Origin: Phaeosaccion multiseriatum
Lineage: Eukaryota; Protista; Ochrophyta, other classes
Assembly: GCA_965112735.1 (NCBI GenBank)
Contig: OZ218952.1
Span: 124,001 to 188,000, forward strand
DNA: 64,000 nucleotides
Direction: 5' to 3'
Position numbers and translations under genes: made by a program. The notes beneath the pieces were generated by a model that made no database searches, was not told where the DNA came from, and was given only the letters and a program-made list of their open reading frames with translations. This document shows, in pieces, positions 27,986 through 38,373 of this stretch (its first letter is position 1; each line of letters starts with the position of its first letter).

Positions 27986-29152
27986 ATGTCTGTTATCAAC
28001 GTGATCCTCGCGGTGCTGCTGGGCGCATTGCTATCTCCCAGCTATGCATTCATGACTCCGCAGTACGCACCCTTGAGGAGCGTGTCGAAGGTGCGTCTCG
28101 TCGTGACAGAGCCGCTCCAGCAAAATCAGCCTCGCAACCGCCCATTGCTCATTTCCTTCTCTCTTCCTATCTCTAGGCGTCCCCAAGGCAATCTATGAAG
28201 ATGAATGCTTCAGAGCGCAGCTATATTATGATCAAGCCGGACGGCGTGCAGCGCGGGTAGGTTTGAAAGTCTCATCATTTATTCCTGAAGGAGGAGGCCC
28301 TCATGTCTTGTGGTGGTCCATCCTCTTGCTCCCACCTCGCCCTTGTGCGCCACCAGACTTGTGGGTGACATTATCCAGCGCTTCGAGAAGAAGGGCTACA
28401 AGCTTGCTGCGCTCAAGCTGAAGCAGGCAGACGAGGACCTCCTGCGAGAGCACTACAAGGTATGTGCAACATCAAGTTGTTGGAATGAAGAAGCAATACT
28501 TAGCGGTGTTCCCTCTCTTTTGCAACAACAGGACTTGACAGAGAAGCCCTTTTTTCCCAAGCTCCTTCAATACATGGTAAGTGGCTTGGCTACTGCCTTG
28601 GCCCTTGCGTCCCGCGCTCCCCAGAAGCTGTATTGACGTGTTGTTGTTGTTGTTGTTGTTGTTACTATTGTTTGGACTCCTGTTTACCTCCGTCGCGGAA
28701 CAGATGTCCGGACCGGTCGTTTCCATGGTTTGGCAAGGAAAGGATGTGGTGGCAACTGGCCGAAAAATGGTGAGTTTGGGGAGTCTTTTTGGAGTGTGGC
28801 GAGCCCGCGGCCCTAAAGATCAGCTTTTTGCAACTCTTGTTCCCCCCATTCCTGACAGCTCGGAGCCACAAACCCCTTAGAATCGGCGCAGGGAACCATC
28901 CGTGGGGACTTCGCACTTGACGTTGGCCGAAACGTGTGCCACGGCAGCGACTCAGTTGAGTCGGGTGAGCGCGAGATAGCTCTGTGGTTCACCCCCGAAG
29001 AGCTCGCGGTGAGTGCGGCGAGCCGCGTTGCTTTTGCGGTTGTGCGCTTCTCTCCTCAGGTTGCCCTTACTCACGCCATGCTCTCGTGTTTGGCTCTCAT
29101 CGATGCTCCTCAGGACAATGCTTCTGCAATGCACGACTGGATCTACGAGTAG
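27986..29152 (+). CDS. NDK: Plastid-targeted nucleoside diphosphate kinase
   Basis: Signal SYA-F; [41 protein letters not shown]; many short exons. Confidence 0.96.
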
Positions 29153-29532
29153 ATAAACTCTCTTTTCTCTCCTAAGATATTCCTTTGTAATAAAGTACTT
29201 GTGAGCCGAATGGCCTTTCGCTCCAATGAGGTGGCTCCGTGGCTCCTACCCTCTTCTCCCTTCTTCCCTCATATCATATTCGGCCGCTGACATGCTTCTG
29301 AGACAGGCCAGCCCAGACGCTCGAAGACGCAGGAAGCAGGCCGGCTGGCGCCGGCCAGAAGCAGGAAGCAGCCTTGGCCCTAATCATTGTCTTCTTACAT
29401 GGCTTTTGTCGGCCAGGCAGGAAACCGGTATTCGATTTTTCGTATCGATCATATCAATTTAAGTTTCAGGACATTCGGTTTGTCCTCTGTCCCCTCTGGC
29501 TTTAGCAGCGACAACAGAGAATAGGTGGCATC

Positions 29533-30687
29533 ATGGCGTCTTCCAGCCATCAGATACGACAGCTCATGAACTTTATTCTACAAGAAGCGCACGAGAAGGT
29601 AACTTTCGAGCGATGAAGGCTTATAGGGAGCGAGGAATGATCCCCCCTTTTTGTACTCCGTCTGTCGTCGTCTTGCAGGTGAACGAGATTAACTTGAAGA
29701 CCGAGCACGACTTTAACTTGGAGAAGCAGATGCTCGTCCACAACGCAAAACTAAAGATTCAGGTGCGATTTATCTCCCAAAGGAGCTTAGGGAGGCACTC
29801 CATAATAATCATTTTCGCGCGTCCCTCTCCCCCACGCAGGAAGAATACACTCAAAAGGAGAAGGATTGCGAAATACAGGATCGAATGTAAGCTTGCTGCA
29901 GACGCTGTGAGATGTGCTGCCTCTCTGACACTGCCTGCCTAAATGCCCTTCCTCCCGCCCAGCGCCCGCTCAAGCATGGTCGGCGAAAGCAGAGTCAATA
30001 AGATGACCTCTCGCGACGAGCTAGTTCAGCAGCTGCTCAGTGACGCTACTGAAGAGATTAAGACTATCAGCAAGGGGACGTCTTACTCGGAGCTCCTAAC
30101 CGGCCTCATAATCCAAGTGAGCTCTTCTCTCTTCGATACATCCCCACCTCCAAGGTGGTCGTAACCTGACGTGATTTTTCGGTGGTGATGTTGCAGGGCA
30201 TGCTCAAGATTGAAGAAACGGATGTCGTAGTTCACTGCCGAGAAGCAGACATTCCTCTGGTGGAGAAGGTTCTCGGGGATGCAACGAAGGGCTACGTTGA
30301 GCTCATGGAGAAGCAAGCCAGTCAACAGGTCGGGTGGGGGAGGGCTTCTGCCGCTGCATGCTGCTGGCTGGGTACAAAGTCTTACCAATTGGAACATCCC
30401 ACTTGTGTTACATGTGTAGGTGGAGCCAAACCTCACCGTCAGCGACGACAAGGCCCTGTGTCTGCCAGCAGATAGCCCCGGAGGCGTGGTCCTCACAGCT
30501 CGAGGAGGTCGGATTGTGTGCGACAACACCCTGGCGGCTCGGTTGAACATTGTATACACGGTAAGAAACAAAGCTTTGTCTCCGTCTCACGCGGTAGGCC
30601 CATTTCTCATATCCATGCCCTCCCACCCACCTCGCGCAGGAAGTGCTGCCAAAAATTCGCGAGCAGCTCTTTCCAACTCAAACTTGA
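29533..30687 (+). CDS. ATP6V1E: V-type proton ATPase subunit E
   Basis: QIRQLMNFILQEAHEK/VNEI..K..HDFNLEKQ; GGVVL....RIVCDNTL..RL...LPKIR..LF. Confidence 0.95.
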
Positions 30688-30808
30688 GAATAAGGGGAGA
30701 GTAGAGAGGGAGGAGGAGCTGTCAGGAGTACGTAGTAGGATGGAGGAGTGGGTGGTAATGGTAATCCCAAGAGGTACATATATATATATACAAATTAGCG
30801 TGCTTCTC

Positions 30809-32171
30809 TTAGCGGCCTCTCTTTCGCCCCTTGCCGGCGGCGTGTCGCTTCTTGCGTCCATCCTTCTTGGCCTCCTGTATACTCAAAAAGGTGTTCTTGC
30901 TGTACGTCTTGACCCGTGTGTCGGCCAAAAGCTCGTCCACAAGAGTTTGTTTGCGCTGCTTCTTGGTCAAGCGGGACGATTTCCACTCCCCTACACCCTC
31001 CTTTACGGTTCCAATCTGTGTTGTCAGTCACAGGCCAAAGAAGAGAGTTAGGGTTATTTGATGAATCCGATGCTTAATGGCACAAACTTACACCTTTCCC
31101 CTTCGCCACACTCACCTGCAGGAAAGGCGAGTGCGTGTCTGCAGCCTTGTAAAACTTCTTGGGGTCAATGTAGTTCCTCATCTTGATGACTTGAAGGTCA
31201 CGCTTCAGCTCCGGAGTCATTTGTGCTCGCTGCATCCCAAACCAACCCTTGCCTGCCGAGGTGTCCTTCTCAACTCTCGTGCGTTTCATCAGATCGGACG
31301 CACTTGTCGATGACTTTCGAGAGCCCCCAGCATTTTGTGCTTCTGCAGCTGCTCCTGGCAAGCTTGTCCTGCTTCGTACAAGCTGGTCCACCGCGTGGCC
31401 TGTCAGCACGTCGTCTCGCAGTCTGCCCCCGAGATTGCGCCCCTTTGATCGAAATTCAAGGTAGCTGTCGGAAACAAGCCCGCTATCGAGCTCCATAACT
31501 GCCTCGCTGTGGCCGGCTTTCGAGCTTGGGTTCCCAGTCCCATCGCTTGAGTGCCGCGTTTGCTGCCGCTGCTGGCGAAGGCCCGCACTCGCCGCCATGC
31601 TCACCATCGCATCAATGGCCTCTTCGGACAAATCGTCTGTAGCGTCTCCATCTTTATCGTCGTCGTCGTCGTCGTCGTCGTCCCCTTCTCCGTCCTCGTC
31701 TTCGTCCCCTTCGTCGACGCTCTCTTCACCCCGTCTCACATCCGAGTTGGGCGCGTCTTCGCCCTGCTCCTGTCGCCCCCTCTTCCGCCCCTTGGAAGCG
31801 GGCTTGCCGGACGCACGTGGCAAAGGCGGCAACCCGGCTTCCCACTTTGGTCCTCCCCTCACTCCCTTCTTCTTCCCTGGCACCGGGTTGTTAAGCATTG
31901 GTGCTACCTCTATCGAAGGTGATCGACTGCGACTCCGCGTGATCCGCCTGCCCGAGGCTCGAGAGCTCGACCCTTCCCTCGCAGGTGTGCCAGCCATCGC
32001 GCCATTAGGCAGGACCAGCTCGCTTCCTCTGGCAGACACCGATTTCATCTCTTCTGGGCCGTCCACCAGCCTGAGCTTGTACCACCCTCCAGTCTTGCCG
32101 ACAACCTCTGCTTTCGCCCCATCGAGGGGTCCATCCTTTTTGAGCCGCACAACTTGGCCTATTGTCGCCAT
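30809..32171 (-). CDS. FCF2: rRNA-processing protein FCF2/DNTTIP2-like
   Basis: SAGKGWFGM....TPELKRDLQVIKMRNYIDPKKFYK, FLQ/IGTV.EG..E..SRL.KKQRK.T.VDELL. Confidence 0.9.
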
Positions 32172-32322
32172 AGTGCTGATAACGAGGGGGGGGGGGGGGG
32201 GGGAGATTTTACTATGTGGGAAGGGGGGGGGTAAGGGGGCCAAAAGAATGATGTGTCACCAACACGCGAAGATATCCCCCCCAACCGCATACTCTCTCAT
32301 CCACCGACATCCCCCCCCTTTA

Positions 32323-34715
32323 ATGATCAGATACGCGATCGGCTTGTGCTTCTGTCCCACCGCGGTTGCTGCATTTTGCTCCCACCCTCCTGCTGTTGCT
32401 GTGCGCCAAAAGAATATCTTGCGAGGAATGGCGATGGGATCGGATGCTCGGCAAGGCCTTCCCACAATTCCGACGTCTTCTCTGTCGGGAATTGGTCGTA
32501 CGCTGCGCGAGAACGCAACAAAAGATCTGGAGTCTCTGCAAGAGCAATTGATTCGCGCGAAGGAGGGCGAGGGAATAGTGAACAGCTTTGTCAACTCGAC
32601 GTTCAGACGAAGTAATCTTGCCGTCCACTATCTTACCACCGGGCTCGTTGATCTAGCGGAGAAGGAGATTGCATGTACGTTTGGCAGATACGCGGAGGAG
32701 TGGGATTGCAGCTGGGTTTCGACACCAGAAGGACCTAATTCTTTCCTTCTCTCCTTCCCGCACGATAGCTGCGGAGAAGCTCATTGATGAAGAGCTGGCC
32801 GCCGTAGACGAGGCTTGCTGGCCGTCTGGTGTACGGCAGGACCGCATTTCCCAATCGCTGGAAGTACTATTGTCGGCTAAGGCGCTGCTGCACTTTTTCA
32901 ACACAGGTGCGCGTGCTTGCGTTACTGACCACATTTTCCCGCCTCTCCTGGCCCTAAAAGAACAAGCCTCGTACGCTCCATTTTGTGTGGGCCCTCTTTA
33001 GGCAAGCTTCTGCGCAAGGCGAACTTGGGAAGGGCATGCTTCAAGGATGCAGAGTATTTGGGAGGGGCAATGCGTCTATGCCAACTCCTCAACAAGTACG
33101 CCATCGGCCAGGTGAGCCCTTTCCTCCTCCCCGCGTCCCATGTGCTCTGTCCGTTTTAAGAGAGCGCTCCTTCTGACTCCAAACCTCTCGCCCCAGGCCT
33201 CTGATCTGGATGTGAAGAGTGTGGAGCTGTGCCGAACCCTCACCGATGAGCTGAACGCCGCTTGCCTTCAGTTCGACTTTCGGAATGGGCCCTTGAGGCT
33301 CAAGTATGACGGAATCAAGTACGACCTCAAGAGGCTGGTGAGTGGAACAGTGAGGAGAGCTGTACGCTGTTTCGTTTTTTTGGGGGGTCGGGGAAGCATC
33401 CTTCTGCGCTAGTCGTGGGTGCTCAGGTACGAGCCCTTCAATTTATGTGTCACCCCCTCGCCATGCGCCCTTTTCTCAGGACGACATTTTGTACGAGCTC
33501 AGTTTGGTCATAGAGCCTGCGAAGGGGGACGAGTCCACAGTAAAAGAACTTGGCCAAGGGAGAAAGAAAAGAGCGAGGGTGACACCGCCGGAGGAGGAGC
33601 AGCAGCCGCCGCCGGGGCAGCACGGTAAGGAGGGGGGTGAAGACGGATTGGACTTTGCTGCAAAAGTTGTTGATACCAAGGAGCTGGACGAAATTCGCCT
33701 GCGCATGGTGAGTGCAGAGAGCTGAGGAAGGAGAATAAGCACAAGATGCTGAGATCCCCCGCTCCGCCCGTTGCCTGGAATAACAGGTTGAGTTTGACGC
33801 GATGCGGGAGACCGTCATCAAGAGGTCCAGAGACATGCAGAAGCTGGGTAAGCAGGCCATTTATAGCCTTCATCGAGGAGACGAAGACAAAGCCAGCAAG
33901 CAGGTTCGTGTGTTGAACAAACCCGTGACCGGCGCTGCCCTTGAAGGCTCTGTGTTGATCACCTTCTCTGCTTTTGCGTTTCGCTCATCCAGCTTGACGA
34001 GTGTGTGGCGATTTACCGAGAGCTGGAACCAATCATCAGCGCGGACGCGAGTTTGCGGCAGGGTTCTCTCACCAATGCTCTGGAGGAGTGGGCGGAGGGC
34101 AAGCTGTACCAGATTTGGCTCGCTGACACGCGTTTGGTCACCATGAAGGAGCTGGAAATTTGCAATACGGTTAGTCGCCAAGACAAACTCGGGCGTTGGG
34201 GCTTCTCGCTCTCTCTCCCTGCTTCCAGAAAAGAGGCACAAAGACAGATAACCCAACCTCCTTTCCACTTGTCTGGCCGCTGCTACCGCCGCTGCTGCAG
34301 GGTGAGTATATGGGAGGCTTGTTCGATCTGACGGGCGAGATCAACCGCTATGCTGTGGCTCAAGCGACAAAGCGGAGGGCCGACAAAGTGAAAGAATGCC
34401 TCGAGACAGTGACGGTCATTTCCGAATTCGTCTCGCTGGCCACGCTGCCGCCAAAGCTCGGCAAGAAGGTGAGGCGGAAGAGGTGTGAATGTTTGCCTCA
34501 CCCCCCCTGCTGCCTCCTGCTTCTGACGCTGGATTTCAATGCCAACGTGTCCCCAGGAGAAAGAACTGAAGCGGTCACTAAGTAAGCTGCAGAGTATTAC
34601 CTACGAACTGGCACTCAAAAAGGCGGGCAAGGGCTCCGTGGGTGGGGTGTCCGGAGGGGAGACCGGAGGGGAGCCGAGGGAAGACAAGGACGACGGGATG
34701 AAGGATGACGTGTGA
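32323..34715 (+). CDS. Tandem two-domain translin/TRAX family protein with putative plastid presequence
   Basis: Domain 1 ends FDFRNGPLRLKYDGIKYDLKRLDDILYELSL. Domain 2 has RETVIKRSRDMQKLGKQAIYSLHRG, LEEWAEG, EYMGGLFDLTGEINRYAV. All introns are GT-AG and in frame. Confidence 0.88.
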
Positions 34716-35377
34716 TGAGCGGCGACACATATATGCATGTGTCGCAGACCCAAACGTTTTGGGTCAAGAGCCACCCCTTTCCACCGAGACGCCCTTGTTC
34801 TTGGAAGCCTATGGTACTCCCACACCACCCCGGAAGGAAAGGCCGCGTATGAAGGGCAAGAGGCGGCGAGAGAAGGCAGCAGCCGCGGCATCGGCTTAAG
34901 AGGAGGGGACTAGAAGGGGATGAGAGGCTTAGTCTCTACGCGGGTATCGGCTGACTTCTGGCTGCCAACTGCAGGCCAGTCCCGGTTTATGACTCTTACC
35001 TTAAAGCCCATTAGTGCTCTCCTTTGATAAATAAATCAAGCTGTCTAGTGTGCAGGGAACTCACTGTGCAACTTTCTGAACTCCTCCATCCTTGCGTACG
35101 CTGCTTGACGGACGTCGCTTATCCATTCCACCTGTGATCATTCCTGCCAGGGGTGGCTCGAGCTTGGAAGGCGTCATGATGGCACCCGATGGTCCTGGCA
35201 CCACCTGAGGTCCACGACTGACATGGGCAACACCGTGCCGATGTTCTTTGCTCTTGTACACGACTACAGCCTGCTCGTCTCTGGCTGCCTCGCAGCCTCT
35301 GCTGACAGCTGCAAGCCAAGCAAGCGCCCTGCTGGCAGCCGAGCCAGCCACAGACAAGTAAGTGTTAGCCCTCCAGC

Positions 35378-36653
35378 CTATCCCTCCACCGGGACGCCCT
35401 TGTTCTTGGAAGCGTACTGCTCGTAGTACTCTGAAACCTTGGCCCAGTTCACAATACTCCAAAAGGCAGCAATGTACTCCGGACGCCGATTTTGATAGCG
35501 TAGGTAGTACGCGTGCTGATGAGGGTAAAGCGGTGCAGCATGATAGGCGAGGGTAAGGAAGGCGAGAAGGGGAGAATGAGGCTAAGTAAGGAGGAGAGCT
35601 GAACAGCTTGGCGTCATCCAGTGGCATCTAGAACCACCCGAGCAACACTATCACTGCCCGTCGTGGGTGTTCTTCTCAGCACCCAGCGAGCTGAAGTGAG
35701 CCAGTGAGTGAGTGAGTGAGTGAGTGGGCGAGTGAGGGTCGCTTTAGCTCTCACCTCCCACACGTCCTTTGGTCACATCGTCACATCACGCCGGGGGAGG
35801 AGCAGGAGCCATGCACGAGTAGGTGGACCACAGCCACAGCCACAACAGCCGCCATTCGAAAAGAAAAAGAGAGGGGGTGGGGATGGTGGTGGTCCGAGGT
35901 CAGAGGTCAGAGGGGAGGGCGGGAGGCACCGGAGGCGGGGGGTAGTGGGTACAGGATGCCCGCACACACGCACAGGCAGGTAGGTAGGGAGCAAACCCAT
36001 AGCGTTTCAGGAATGCAAGGGCGGGGGGGGGGGTGTGGGATACTCCCGACGCACAGCACCAATCAAGAGAGTTCAAGCCCGAGCAAAGCGTTACTGAAGA
36101 AAAGGCGATGGGCCTTGTTGCTCACCAGTCCGAGGATGGGCACCATGGCCGTGCACGCCGCGCCTTCCATGAGAGGATTGTCCTGAGCCGAAGTGAAACA
36201 CGAGGGCACACCGTCAAGTCCGAGGATGTGGATATGCGACTGTGGGAGAGGGACGACACATACCTGATTGGGGGTTGATGTGATGTCCAGCTTACCCTCA
36301 GGGGTCACACCCAGCCTGTTGATGACATAGAGGCCAGCAGCGCGGAGGCGCATTGTTACGGAGCCGAACAAGACCCCTCAAGAAATAAAGAGAGCCCCAA
36401 CGCACTCACCAAGCCCAGCCTGAGCCGAAGACTGCCGTAGCGGTGCCCCCAAACTTGGCCTTCATGTCTTCCATGGAGCCGAAGGAAGCCTCGATGGCTG
36501 ACATGAGCGCAGGTGACGGCTCACCGCTGCTGCTGGCCGGGCCCAAAGTATTCCAGAAGAGAGCGTGGTTGTAGTGCCCTATACACAGTCGCGGGGGAGG
36601 TACTGGCTGAGACGAGGGGAGCGACTGAATCACTGACTCACTCTCTCTCTCTG

Positions 36654-36689
<36 letters not shown>

Positions 36690-37108
36690 ACACACGCACG
36701 CACGCACGCACACACACCTCCGCCTGCGTTTCTAGCGCCCGCAACTCCACCCTTGATGGCGTTCTTTTGCAGCTCCAGAAGAGACGGGGCATCCTTGCCA
36801 GCGAAGGCCTGATCACATGATGGGAGTGCGTTTTCACCGCGTGAGATAAAAAAACTAAAGACAGGCTGCGCTTTCTACTTCATCGGCCTTGCCTTGTTTG
36901 CGTTCGCAACGTAGGTCGCGTGGTGCTTGTCGTGATGAAGCTTCATGGTGTCCTCATCCACGTAAGGCTCCAGGGCGTCGTAGCTGTACGGAAGATCAGC
37001 AAGCTTGTAGGTAGCAAGCCCGCGAAGCCCAGGGGTGAAAGCGGCCTTCACGGCGGCCTGACGGCACATCTTCCCCCCCCGAACTGCGGCGCCTCGAAGA
37101 GCATTCAT
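35378..37108 (-). CDS. SOD2: Mitochondrial manganese superoxide dismutase
   Basis: Presequence; [46 protein letters not shown] (microexon 35755-35766), [13 protein letters not shown]...WSIVNW. Confidence 0.96.
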
Positions 37109-37393
37109 CGTCGGATCTTTCGAGACGAATGAGTGGGTGCTTGTTTTATAAGTACGGGAAAATCATCGTAAATGCAAGAGCGTAGGAGTACCGTCCATTC
37201 CATCCTGAGTTCGTCACACGTACCGTACTTGAAACAGCGAATATCTTGAAGCACACACACACACACCAAGACGAGGAAGGAGCGAGGAAAATCCAACTGT
37301 GATTGTTCTGTATCACCACATCCATTTGATCCTTTCCCTCCCTTTCTTTTTTCTTTTACCATTTGATTGCTGTAAGCTGTAAAGAGGAGTAAA

Positions 37394-38204
37394 ATGCCCA
37401 TGTGGTGCTTCCTGCTGCTGCTTGTGAATCTGCTGGTTGGGTGTGTGGAAGGATTTATCGGTGCTACAGCTACGGGAGCACAGCGTGGCTGGACCCGCTT
37501 GGCCCTAAGCAACATACCGGAGCCGGAGTACGGGCAACTGCAGCACGCTGGAGTCCTCGTCAGTGATACGGCCAAATCTCTGAAATTCTTCACGGACATC
37601 TTGGGCTTCAAGGACGAGACCCACCTCAGGCCTGACTTGCCTTTTGACGGCGCCTTTGTGAGGGCAGGGGCGCAACAGGTTCATCTGATGGAGCTTCCCA
37701 ACCCGGATCCCACAGAGGGAAGGCCCGCCCATGTGAGTTCCTCTCCTGGCGCCTTTTAAGCTGTGCGAAAAGCCTGTCCAAGCCCTGTAATCTTTGGTTC
37801 CTTATCTACGTAGTAGTAGACAACAGCACAAACAAGTACCAGAAGGCCCATCGCCCAGTCTTGCCGAGAGAGAGACAGAGGGCATACGTTTCCCGAACAA
37901 GCCCATACACTTCCCCAGTAGGGATCTGGTCCCACCACTGGTCCCACCACACACGCGCACACACATTTACACTCACACGCGGCACCGCCATTCTCTTGTG
38001 TCCCATATCGTGTGCTTGACCGCCCCTCTCGCACAGGGGGGCAGGGACAGGCACCTGGCCTTCACCATCAAGGATCTCGAGCCCCTGAAGGAGCGGCTTG
38101 GCCGGGCCAGCGTGGACTACACGGCAAGCAAAAGTGGGAGAAAAGCCATTTTCACCAGAGACCCCGATGGGAACGCCTTTGAGTTCCTCGAAACAGATAC
38201 ATAG
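37394..38204 (+). CDS. Plastid-targeted glyoxalase/VOC-family protein
   Basis: Signal VEG-F; LQHAGVLVSD...SLKFF..ILG, QVHLMELPNPDP, GGRDRHLA, F.RDPDGNAFEF. Confidence 0.9.
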
Positions 38205-38373
38205 GACATACATAGACAAAATTGTATATACGACTTAACATATGTACACGATAGACACAAACAGAGGGTATGCTATGCCTGGTGATGCGGCGAGGGCAAG
38301 GCGCCACTCACCCGGTGACTCTGCTGCTGGGGGCAGGGGTACCATACCGCTCGCCCTGCCCATACGACTGCCC

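Noticed and set aside
29337-29353. 17-mer CAGGCCGGCTGGCGCCG shared with 42017-42033, both intergenic
   Set aside because: One such GC-rich match is plausible by chance in 64 kb and the flanks are unrelated.
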